Source: a virus
DNA: 26,401 nt
Strand: one strand, 5' to 3'
Virus genome (UHGV): UHGV-1485618
Shown: piece by piece, positions 18,203-26,401 of the stretch
Numbering within the stretch: position 1 is the first letter of the stretch
Layout of the letters: every line of letters starts with the position of its first letter
Position numbers and translations under genes: made by a program
Notes under the pieces: generated by a model
What the model was told of the DNA's origin: nothing
Database searches by the model: none
What the model saw: only the letters and a program-made list of their open reading frames with translations

Positions 18203-19456
18203 ATGGCTAACCAATTAGCAAAAGACCTTGAAATCATGTTCGAAAACTACGTTGAAGGCTTTGAGGCCGCCTGCGTAGTTTCCCGTAACGCTAAAAAATT
18301 CCGTCCCGGTGATACAGCAATGCAGCGAGCAGGTGATGTTCTGTATCGTCCGCAGCATTACCACATGAACATTGAGGAAGGCCTAGACCTCAGCGGCAAA
18401 ACGCCAACAGCACTGGTTCAGCGCCTTGTTCCTTCTGTGTTCAAGGAGCCGAAAAACATTCTGTACACTCTGGATGCGCGTGAAATGCGTGACCCGGAAC
18501 ATAAAACTGAAGCTGGTCGCGCCGCAGGTATGCGCCTTGCTGCACAGATTGACTCTGACCTGATTTCCATGGTTACGCAGCGTGCTACTAACGTGATCAC
18601 GATGGCTGACTCAACCACAGGTTCACAGGGCCGTGATTTGTGGAACTGTGCGGCAGGTATTGATGCCACCATGACGGCGATTGGTGTACCGCAGGGTATC
18701 AATCGTCGCTCTTTCTGGAACCCCTTCAACTACAAAGACCTTGCTGGCGAGCTTGGTCACCGTGCCTATGCTCAGGGCGCAACCCTGACAGCATACGAAA
18801 AAGCGCAGATCCCTCCGGTTGCGTCCTTCGATAGCTACAAGACCGATATTTCTGGTCGTGTTCCGAAGGGTACAGCAACTTCCATTACGCTGGCAGCAGC
18901 ACCTGCGCACAAGGTTGAAGCGAAAGATGCTAACGATATGCCAGTGGATAACCGACAGGGGACCATTACGGTATCTGCTGAAGGTTTGCAGGTTGGCGAT
19001 GCGTTTACCATCGCAGGGGTGAATTCCGTACACCAGATCACCAAAGATACCACCGGGCAGCCGCAGGTATTCCGCGTTCTGGCAGTTAGCGGAACGACAG
19101 TAACTATCTCCCCGAAAATTCTGCCGCCTGACAACGCGGATGTCGCCAGCCGTCCATATGCAAACGTTGATGCTAATGCGGCAAGTAGCGCAGCAATCAC
19201 CATTCTCAACAAAAATGCCGCACCGGCTAACCTGTTCTGGGCTGATGGTTCTGTTGAACTGATGTACGGCAAACTGGCGTTCCCAACTGGTCAGGGTCCA
19301 CAGGTAATGACAGCAACCACCGAGCAGGGCGCTACGCTGATCATGTCTTACGCCTTCGACCACATCAAAGGCGTAACCACTGCGCGTTTCACCACTCTGT
19401 ACGGTTGCTCTGTACTTGTTCCTGAATATACGGGCATCGTTATTGCCGGGCAGTAA
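18203..19456 (+). CDS. Major capsid (coat) protein, P22 gp5-like
   Basis: 417 aa; C-terminal half shares motifs with P22 coat (RPYANVDANAASSAAITILN, NLFWADGSVEL). Confidence 0.9.
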   Translation: MANQLAKDLEIMFENYVEGFEAACVVSRNAKKFRPGDTAMQRAGDVLYRPQHYHMNIEEGLDLSGKTPTALVQRLVPSVFKEPKNILYTLDAREMRDPEHKTEAGRAAGMRLAAQIDSDLISMVTQRATNVITMADSTTGSQGRDLWNCAAGIDATMTAIGVPQGINRRSFWNPFNYKDLAGELGHRAYAQGATLTAYEKAQIPPVASFDSYKTDISGRVPKGTATSITLAAAPAHKVEAKDANDMPVDNRQGTITVSAEGLQVGDAFTIAGVNSVHQITKDTTGQPQVFRVLAVSGTTVTISPKILPPDNADVASRPYANVDANAASSAAITILNKNAAPANLFWADGSVELMYGKLAFPTGQGPQVMTATTEQGATLIMSYAFDHIKGVTTARFTTLYGCSVLVPEYTGIVIAGQ

Positions 19457-19463
19457 TTTTGGT

Positions 19464-19486
19464 GGGGCTTCGGCCCCATTTTTATT
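19464..19486 (+). terminator. Strong Rho-independent terminator after the coat gene
   Basis: GGGGC-TTCG-GCCCC tetraloop hairpin followed by ATTTTTATT. Confidence 0.8.
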
Positions 19487-19497
19487 GGGAGAAGACA

Positions 19498-19686
19498 ATG
19501 GCACGAACAATGCTCTATAAGCCTGGCAACATGATCACCTGTGGTCAGTTTGCTGTCGATTACATCATTGTTGATGACGAAGAAGTTAAATCTCACCTGA
19601 AAAAAGGTTGGGTGAAAACTCCTGAAGAAACCGCAACGAAGCAAAAAGTGGCTAAGGCGGAAGAAGATGGCGAAAACGAAGGGTGA
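19498..19686 (+). CDS. Small hypothetical protein, 62 aa, between coat and gp4-like genes
   Basis: ATG at 19498 with GGGAGA Shine-Dalgarno; overlaps the next start by 20 nt. Confidence 0.5.
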   Translation: MARTMLYKPGNMITCGQFAVDYIIVDDEEVKSHLKKGWVKTPEETATKQKVAKAEEDGENEG

Positions 19687-20128
19687 TCTCGTTCTAAAGG
19701 CTTTACGAAAAGCCGGGCTGTATTCCAATGCCACGTTGACAGATGCTGACCCTCAGGCAATTGAAGATGCCATTAATGACCTCGAAGACATGATGGCAGC
19801 ATGGCAGGCTAAAGGTATCGAGCTTGGGTATCAGTTTGCTGATACAGAAAACGGCATCATGCCGTTACCGGACGATGATTCAGGTATCCCTGCATGGGCA
19901 AATGATGGCGTCGCTTTGAAACTCGCTGTGCAAGTGTGCATGGATAACGTCATTCAGCCGTCAGACGCTCTCCTTACCGCTGCTGACAGTGCATATCAGA
20001 CAATCTGCATCGCTTTAACCAAAATACCACCACTTGAGCGGCGAAATGACATGCCTCGCGGTAGTGGTAACAAAAGCGCGTTTACGTGGAATCGGTTTTA
20101 CATCGAGAAAGATGATCCGAGTACGTGA
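19667..20128 (+). CDS. Head-to-tail adaptor / tail accessory factor, P22 gp4-like
   Basis: Translation KTKGDLVLKALRKAGLYSNATLTDADPQAIEDAINDLEDMMAAW resembles P22 gp4. Confidence 0.7.
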   Translation: MAKTKGDLVLKALRKAGLYSNATLTDADPQAIEDAINDLEDMMAAWQAKGIELGYQFADTENGIMPLPDDDSGIPAWANDGVALKLAVQVCMDNVIQPSDALLTAADSAYQTICIALTKIPPLERRNDMPRGSGNKSAFTWNRFYIEKDDPST

Positions 20129-20137
20129 GGTGAATAA

Positions 20138-21556
20138 ATGCCGATTCAGCAACTTCCGCTTATGAAAGGTGTCGGCAAAGACTTTCGAAACGCCGACTAT
20201 ATCGACTATCTGCCAGTGAATATGCTGGCTACACCCAAAGAAATCCTCAACAGCAGCGGATATCTTCGATCATTCCCGGGCATTGCCAAACGTTCTGATG
20301 TGAACGGTGTATCTCGAGGCGTCGAGTACAACATGGCGCAGAATGCTGTTTATCGTGTGTGTGGTGGCAAGCTGTACAAAGGCGAAAGTGAAGTCGGTGA
20401 CGTCGCCGGAAGTGGTCGTGTATCAATGGCGCATGGTCGGACATCACAGGCGGTAGGCGTTAATGGTCAACTGGTCGAGTATCGCTATGATGGCACGGTT
20501 AAAACCGTATCAAACTGGCCTACAGACAGCGGATTCACGCAGTATGAGTTAGGCTCAGTCCGCGATATTACGCGCTTACGTGGGCGTTATGCGTGGTCAA
20601 AAGACGGAACTGATTCATGGTTCATCACTGACCTTGAAGACGAATCGCATCCTGACCGTTACAGCGCACAATATCGCGCAGAATCGCAGCCGGACGGCAT
20701 CATCGGCATAGGTACATGGCGAGACTTCATCGTCTGCTTTGGTTCATCGACGATTGAATATTTCTCCCTGACAGGCGCAACTACCGTTGGTGCTGCTTTG
20801 TATGTCGCGCAGCCATCGCTGATGGTGCAAAAAGGCATCGCCGGGACTTACTGCAAAACGCCGTTTGCTGATTCGTATGCGTTCATCAGCAATCCGGCAA
20901 CGGGTGCGCCGTCTGTGTACATCATCGGTTCCGGTCAGGTATCACCAATCGCCAGCGCGAGCATTGAGAAAATACTACGCTCCTACACTGCTGATGAACT
21001 GGCTGATGGCGTGATGGAATCGTTGCGGTTTGATGCGCATGAGCTGCTGATTATCCATCTTCCGCGCCATGTCCTCGTGTACGACGCATCTTCAAGTGCT
21101 AATGGTCCGCAATGGTGTGTACTGAAAACAGGCCTGTATGACGATGTGTACCGCGCTATCGACTTCATTTACGAAGGCAATCAGATAACGTGCGGCGATA
21201 AGCTGGAATCCGTGACCGGGAAATTGCAGTTCGATATATCTTCACAATACGAAAAACAACAAGAGCATATTTTATATTCCCCTCTAATAAAGGCTGATAA
21301 CGTTTTAATAAATGACCTTGAATTAGAAACATCTGGCGGCGTGTGTGATAGAATAGATAGAATATTTATATCAGCCACTACAGATGGAATTAATTACGGT
21401 CATGAGCAAATGGTTGTATTACAAAAACCATTTGTATATGACAATCGCGTTTTATGGCGAAGGGTTGGTCGAGTTAGACGCCTCATTGGATTTAAATTCA
21501 GAGTTATTGCAAAAGGTCCTGTTACATTATCAGGCCTTTCTATTCGTGTAACATAA
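20138..21556 (+). CDS. Tail hub protein, P22 gp10-like, 472 aa; the 3' ~300 nt are compositionally AT-rich
   Basis: Size and translation MPIQQLPLMKGVGKDFRNADYIDYLPVNMLATPKEIL match the gp10 family. Confidence 0.75.
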   Translation: MPIQQLPLMKGVGKDFRNADYIDYLPVNMLATPKEILNSSGYLRSFPGIAKRSDVNGVSRGVEYNMAQNAVYRVCGGKLYKGESEVGDVAGSGRVSMAHGRTSQAVGVNGQLVEYRYDGTVKTVSNWPTDSGFTQYELGSVRDITRLRGRYAWSKDGTDSWFITDLEDESHPDRYSAQYRAESQPDGIIGIGTWRDFIVCFGSSTIEYFSLTGATTVGAALYVAQPSLMVQKGIAGTYCKTPFADSYAFISNPATGAPSVYIIGSGQVSPIASASIEKILRSYTADELADGVMESLRFDAHELLIIHLPRHVLVYDASSSANGPQWCVLKTGLYDDVYRAIDFIYEGNQITCGDKLESVTGKLQFDISSQYEKQQEHILYSPLIKADNVLINDLELETSGGVCDRIDRIFISATTDGINYGHEQMVVLQKPFVYDNRVLWRRVGRVRRLIGFKFRVIAKGPVTLSGLSIRVT

Positions 21557-21577
21557 ATCGAAACTAAAGGAGTAGAT

Positions 21578-22123
21578 ATGTTGAGTGAAAACGCAAAAGA
21601 TATTCCTGGATATGAAGGTTTATATGCCGTAACAGAGGATGGGCGAGTATATTCTCACTCACGTGTTGTTAAGGCTGCACATGGCAGCACGCAACTCAGA
21701 AAGGGGCGCTGGTTAAAACAACACGAGAATAATAAAGGTTATCTATATTTGCCACTTAGTGTTGATGGAGTTAAAGTAAAATGGCTTGTGCATAGGCTTG
21801 TCGCTCTTGCTTTCGTCCCCAATCCAGAAGGCAAGCCGTTCATAAATCACATAGATAACAACCGAAAAAATAATAATGCTTCTAATTTAGAGTGGTGTAC
21901 TCAAAAGGAGAATATGAAGCATTGCTCATCTCAAGGCAGGGTGAAGTTTCCGGCTTTAAAAGGAGAAAATAATCCAATTTCAAAGCTCTCATATGAGCAA
22001 GTAATAGAAATAAAGAAATCAAAGGGAGTTAATCAAAGAGAGCTTGCTAAAAAATACTGTGTCAGTCAGACGGTGATTCACAATATCCAGTCTGGTAAAT
22101 CGTGGAGGCATGTTAATGGCTGA
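21578..22123 (+). CDS. HNH homing endonuclease with N-terminal NUMOD4-like motif, 181 aa
   Basis: [18 protein letters not shown] motif and H-N-N signature ([16 protein letters not shown]); AT-rich; inserted between gp10-like and tail-needle genes and overlapping the needle start. Confidence 0.8.
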   Translation: MLSENAKDIPGYEGLYAVTEDGRVYSHSRVVKAAHGSTQLRKGRWLKQHENNKGYLYLPLSVDGVKVKWLVHRLVALAFVPNPEGKPFINHIDNNRKNNNASNLEWCTQKENMKHCSSQGRVKFPALKGENNPISKLSYEQVIEIKKSKGVNQRELAKKYCVSQTVIHNIQSGKSWRHVNG

Positions 22124-22964
22124 TTCGAATCTCAATACACCTGTTATTGTTCAGGCCACGCGGCTCGATACATCAATCCTTCCACGCAATATCTTCTCGC
22201 AGTCATATCTGCTGTACGTTATCGCACAGGGAGCTGATGTTGGTAACGTGGCGAACAAGGCCAACGAGGCCGGGCAGGGCGCTTATGACGCACAAGCCAG
22301 GAACGATGAGCAGGATGTGATTCTGGTCGATCACGAAATTCGACTGGCATCGGCTGAAGCGAAGATACAGGACCACGAAACAAGGATCACTAACGCAGAA
22401 GCGGCGATAGTCGGCCTTGATTCGCGATTAACGACAGCAGAAAACGATATTGATTATCTGACTGATGAAGTTGTCGCCATTCAAAACACGCTTTCAGACC
22501 ATGAAGCGCGCATTGATGCTCTGGAGTATGCCACTACTCGCAAAAAGTCAGAGGTTGTTTACTCTGGCGTATCAGTAACAATCCCGACAGCGCCGACCAA
22601 CCTTGTTAGCCTGCTGAAAACGCTCACGCCGTCATCCGGCACGTTGGCACCATTCTTCGACACTGTTAACAACAAGATGGTTGTGTTCAACGAGAACAAA
22701 ACCTTGTTCTTCAAGCTGTCGATCGTCGGGACGTGGCCCAGCGGAACCGCCAACAGGTCAATGCAGCTAACATTCTCCGGCTCTGTTCCTGATACGCTGG
22801 TCAGCAGTAGTAATGCGGCGACAACAACCGACAACATCCTGTTAGCTACGTTCTTCAGCGTGGATAAAGACGGCTTTCTTGCCACAAATGGCAGCACGTT
22901 AACCATTCAGTCTAATGGTGCGGCGTTTACTGCCACAACCATCAAAATCATTGCGGAGCAGTGA
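22116..22964 (+). CDS. Tail needle (P22 gp26-like N-terminal coiled coil) with a divergent C-terminal knob-type domain
   Basis: N-terminus [43 protein letters not shown] resembles P22 gp26; total length about 282 aa. Confidence 0.85.
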   Translation: MADSNLNTPVIVQATRLDTSILPRNIFSQSYLLYVIAQGADVGNVANKANEAGQGAYDAQARNDEQDVILVDHEIRLASAEAKIQDHETRITNAEAAIVGLDSRLTTAENDIDYLTDEVVAIQNTLSDHEARIDALEYATTRKKSEVVYSGVSVTIPTAPTNLVSLLKTLTPSSGTLAPFFDTVNNKMVVFNENKTLFFKLSIVGTWPSGTANRSMQLTFSGSVPDTLVSSSNAATTTDNILLATFFSVDKDGFLATNGSTLTIQSNGAAFTATTIKIIAEQ

Positions 22965-23443
22965 TGGAAATAAAGCTCATCGATAATCCGGTGAAGCTTG
23001 CAGAATTCCTCAACAACCCGGCAAACACGGGAAATATCGTAGACAGTGGAGATAAATACTACATCAAGCCTGATGCGGTATACCTCGGCATCTACGAAGG
23101 ATTAGTGCTGGCTGGCGTTCATGAAGTGCGTAACTTCTGGCATAGCGTTGTTGAATGCCATGCGGTGTACGACCCCGGATTCCGTGGTGAATATGCACTG
23201 CAAGGGCATCGATTATTCTGCAAATGGCTTCTCGAAAACTCACCATTCCTTAACAGCATCACTATGGTTCCTGACACCACGAAATACGGACGGGCAATTA
23301 TCCGTTTGCTTGGCGCTACCCGTGTTGGTCACCTTGATGATGCTTATACCAGCAATGGAAATCCTGTAGGCATCACGATTTATCAGTTACCGCGCTCAAA
23401 ATACGAGGAGCTAAAGAATGTTAATTTTCCAGATTGCCAATAA
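22961..23443 (+). CDS. P22 gp14-like virion protein, 160 aa
   Basis: Call based on position after the needle gene and on size. Confidence 0.55.
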   Translation: MMEIKLIDNPVKLAEFLNNPANTGNIVDSGDKYYIKPDAVYLGIYEGLVLAGVHEVRNFWHSVVECHAVYDPGFRGEYALQGHRLFCKWLLENSPFLNSITMVPDTTKYGRAIIRLLGATRVGHLDDAYTSNGNPVGITIYQLPRSKYEELKNVNFPDCQ

Positions 23444-24074
23444 GCACCTCAGCAAAGTTGTTTACTGCAAAGGTGGCAGTGATGGCGGTTCAAAAGCCCA
23501 GGCACGCGCAACTGAAAAGGGTATCGAATTGCAGCGTGAAATGTGGCAAACGAACATGCAAAACCTCGCACCGTTCACGCCACTCGCTCAACAGTACGTA
23601 TCACAGTTGCAAAATCTTTCCTCTCTTCAGGGGCAAGGTCAGGCGCTTAACCAGTATTACAACTCCCAGCAGTACAAAGACCTTGCAGGGCAGGCGCGTT
23701 ACCAGAGTCTGGCAGCAGCAGAGGCAACGGGTGGATTAGGCTCTACAGCAACAGGAAACCAGTTAGCAGCAATCGCACCTACACTCGGTCAAAACTGGCT
23801 GTCAGGTCAGATGAACAACTACAACAATCTGGCAAATATCGGCCTTGGTGCTCTTACAGGTCAGGCAAACGCCGGGCAGACCTATGCAAACAATGCCAGT
23901 CAGTTGTATCAACAGCAGGCAGCAGCAGTCGCAGCAAATGCCAACCGACCATCTACAGGTCAGAAATTGATTGGTGGAATAGGTTCCGGTGCTGCTATTG
24001 GTGGCAGTGTTGGTGGTCCATGGGGAGCGGCAATTGGTGCAGGTGTAGGTGCTCTCGGCTCTCTTCTTTACTGA
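23418..24074 (+). CDS. Ejection protein, P22 gp7-like
   Basis: Position and size; Gln/Gly-rich low-complexity sequence typical of ejection proteins. Start uncertain. Confidence 0.6.
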   Translation: MLIFQIANKHLSKVVYCKGGSDGGSKAQARATEKGIELQREMWQTNMQNLAPFTPLAQQYVSQLQNLSSLQGQGQALNQYYNSQQYKDLAGQARYQSLAAAEATGGLGSTATGNQLAAIAPTLGQNWLSGQMNNYNNLANIGLGALTGQANAGQTYANNASQLYQQQAAAVAANANRPSTGQKLIGGIGSGAAIGGSVGGPWGAAIGAGVGALGSLLY

Positions 24075-24086
24075 TGGAGGTGAACA

Positions 24087-25499
24087 GTGGCAACTTGGCA
24101 ACAGAGCATCAACTCCGGTGGTTTTCTGGCTGGAATTGGTGCGCAAAATGAGAATGCGCCAAAGGCGAGTGATGTAAATGAGACACTGGCTTACATTCGT
24201 CAGAATAATGAGGATGCCAGGCTTGGTCGCAACAATATCGGTCTGCAGGCTCTGCAGGGAATAACAAGCACAATGCAAGGATTGCAGCAATATGATCAGC
24301 AGAAGCAAGAGGCAGCATTCAGAAAGAATTATGCTTCTGCTATTCAATCAGGTGATCGACAGCAGGTGCGAGATCTGATGACCAAATATCCTGGTCAATT
24401 AGAGAAGATTCAGTCTGGTATGAAGTGGGCAGACGAAGACCAGCGCAATTCTATCGGCACATTAGCGGCTGGCGCCCGCCTTGCGTCATCGTCTCCAGAA
24501 GCAATGCAATCATGGCTGCAAAACAACGCCAAGGAACTGACTCGCGTCGGTGTTGACCCTAATAACGTTGCTCAGATGTATCAGCAGAATCCTTCAGGAT
24601 TTGGTGAGTTTGTTGATCACCTTGGAATGTCAGCGCTTGGTCCTAATGATTACTTCAATGTTCAGGACAAGATGGCTGGTCGTGAGATTGACCGAGGCAG
24701 GCTGGCAGAGACAATCCGCAGCAATCAGGCTGGTGAAGCACTTCAGGCGAGAGGGCAAAACCTTTCCTATCAGTCAGCAATGACTGGACACAATATCGCA
24801 GCACAACGCTTAGCTCTGGATCAGCAAGAGTTCGGGTTTAAGATGCAGCAAGCGCAGGAAAAGGCTCAGCAGTTGATTAGCGAAGCACCTAAGCTGTCAG
24901 TAAACATGGAAAAAGGCATCGAGACGGCTGTAAACAATGCCACAGCATCATCAAACTCAGCCAATTCTATGAGTGCGCTTGCTCAACAGTTCAGAGCAGA
25001 AAAACCAACGACAGGTTTGTTCGGTAACGCACAGAACATGTTCGCAAAACTTACTGGAAGCGATACGACATTGCGTGATTTGCGCATCCGCCAAAATGCC
25101 CTTGTTAACAGTCAGGTTCTTAAATTCCTACCTCCCGGCCCAGCAACGGATAAAGACGTTGAGATCGTTCGACAGGGTGCGCCAACTGACATGGATAACC
25201 CTGAGACGGTCGCAAGATGGCTTGATGCAATGGCAAACCTTGAGCGACGAAACGCGCAGTTTAATGAGTTTAAAGCCGAGTGGATGAGCGCGAATGGCAA
25301 CCCTGGACAATCGCGTAATGGCGGTCAGATATTGGGGTTGGATGTTAAAAAAGGTGAATCATTGGGGAGTGCCGTTAAGCGGTATATGTCAATGAATACT
25401 GACGCAGCGCCAGCACAAGATTCGACGCCTTCAGGAGAACCACGGAATCAGGTTGGATCATATACCTCAAAATCAGGCATTCAATTTACGGTGGAATGA
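24087..25499 (+). CDS. Ejection protein, P22 gp20-like, 470 aa
   Basis: Position and size within the P22 gene order 14-7-20-16. Confidence 0.65.
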   Translation: MATWQQSINSGGFLAGIGAQNENAPKASDVNETLAYIRQNNEDARLGRNNIGLQALQGITSTMQGLQQYDQQKQEAAFRKNYASAIQSGDRQQVRDLMTKYPGQLEKIQSGMKWADEDQRNSIGTLAAGARLASSSPEAMQSWLQNNAKELTRVGVDPNNVAQMYQQNPSGFGEFVDHLGMSALGPNDYFNVQDKMAGREIDRGRLAETIRSNQAGEALQARGQNLSYQSAMTGHNIAAQRLALDQQEFGFKMQQAQEKAQQLISEAPKLSVNMEKGIETAVNNATASSNSANSMSALAQQFRAEKPTTGLFGNAQNMFAKLTGSDTTLRDLRIRQNALVNSQVLKFLPPGPATDKDVEIVRQGAPTDMDNPETVARWLDAMANLERRNAQFNEFKAEWMSANGNPGQSRNGGQILGLDVKKGESLGSAVKRYMSMNTDAAPAQDSTPSGEPRNQVGSYTSKSGIQFTVE

Positions 25500-26401
25500 T
25501 GAAAGTAACTGCAAACGGTAAGACATTTACCTTCCCTGATGGTACGAGCACGGAAGATATTGGCACCGCCATTGATGAGTATTTTGCTGGTCAGGCTGTT
25601 CAGCAAAAAACAGTTAATCAGGACAATAATGCACCAACACGGGAAGAACCATCATTGATGCAACAAGCTGGCGATTGGCTCACTGGTGGTCAAAGTGCAG
25701 GGCAAATTGCAGAACAGGCTGGTCGTGGTCTGGTAAACATACCATTTGACGTATTGCAGGGTGGCGCAAGTCTGATTAATGCAATCAGTCAGGGGCTTGG
25801 TGGGCCAAAAGTATTGGATGATGTCTATCGTCCAGTAGACAGACCGACAGACCCCTACGCTCAAGCTGGAGAAACAATTGGCGGGTATTTAGTTCCAGGA
25901 GTTGGAACGGCAGGAAGCATGGCTATTGGATCACTGGCAGAGGCCGCAAATCAGAAAGGTGATTTCGCACAAAATGCAGCTAAAAATGCCGGAGTTAACC
26001 TTGCCGCTCAGGGTGTTCTTTCCGCAGCAGCAAAGGGAATAGGGCGTGGAATAACGGCTATAAAAGGTGATATTGCGCCAGAAGTGGCGAAGAAAATTGC
26101 CACATCAGAATCGATGGGCGTGACACCAATGACATCTGATGTTATCCCGCCGAAAAATGCTTTCACTCGCGGACTTACTCAGGATGCTGAGGGTGCTTTG
26201 CTCGGGACAGGCTCAAAGCGAGCGGAGCAATATGCAACGCGTAGTAAGCTGGTAAGCAATTATTTTGACCGTTTTGGTGAGTACAACCCTGATGATGTGG
26301 TGAAATCTCTGACCACCACGTTAAGGGGACGGAAGGATGCCGCTGGCGCTGTTATCAATGACGTCACCAATAAAATGGGTAATGCCGCAGTTGATACCAC
26401 A
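25499..26401 (+). CDS. Ejection protein, P22 gp16-like; 5' partial, runs off the window end
   Basis: No plus-strand ORF is listed here although minus-strand ORFs are, consistent with an open frame lacking a stop inside the window; ATG at 25496/25499 overlaps the upstream stop. Confidence 0.55.
   Translation, partial: MKVTANGKTFTFPDGTSTEDIGTAIDEYFAGQAVQQKTVNQDNNAPTREEPSLMQQAGDWLTGGQSAGQIAEQAGRGLVNIPFDVLQGGASLINAISQGLGGPKVLDDVYRPVDRPTDPYAQAGETIGGYLVPGVGTAGSMAIGSLAEAANQKGDFAQNAAKNAGVNLAAQGVLSAAAKGIGRGITAIKGDIAPEVAKKIATSESMGVTPMTSDVIPPKNAFTRGLTQDAEGALLGTGSKRAEQYATRSKLVSNYFDRFGEYNPDDVVKSLTTTLRGRKDAAGAVINDVTNKMGNAAVDTT

Noticed and set aside
18623-19510. 295-aa minus-strand ORF (with nested 18835-19272)
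   Set aside because: Antisense to the coat gene; Cys/Arg-rich translation typical of a spurious frame opposite a highly expressed gene.
23802-24347. 181-aa minus-strand Cys/Leu-rich ORF
   Set aside because: Antisense to the gp7-like and gp20-like genes; composition is a mirror image of the Gln/Ala-rich sense frame.

Overview
This window is a contiguous segment of a mosaic temperate enterobacterial phage or prophage, with lambdoid control and lysis modules joined to a P22-like packaging and virion module. All protein identities below come from reading the translations and recognising families from memory; no database search was run. Left to right: early-left genes on the minus strand (small proteins and a lambda-type N with nutL); a phage-434-type immunity region (OL1-3, a cI-coupled secreted protein in the rex position, cI, OR1-3, cro); lambda-type nutR and cII; P22-type replication genes (an O-like initiator with embedded ori iterons and a DnaB-family helicase); a nin region (NinB, Dam-like methyltransferase, NinE, NinF, YbcO-like, RusA, NinH); Q, pR', the 6S transcript and tR'; two tRNA-like genes; the lysis cassette S/R/Rz/Rz1; an accessory cluster; then terminase small (with a pac-like site) and large subunits, portal, scaffold, coat, gp4-like, gp10-like, an inserted HNH endonuclease, tail needle, and ejection proteins, the last running off the window end. 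The best candidates for undescribed biology are (1) a two-gene cassette between the lysis and packaging modules whose second protein looks like an HslV/proteasome-type threonine peptidase, and (2) the exported protein translationally coupled to cI. No CRISPR array, integrase or att site is present.
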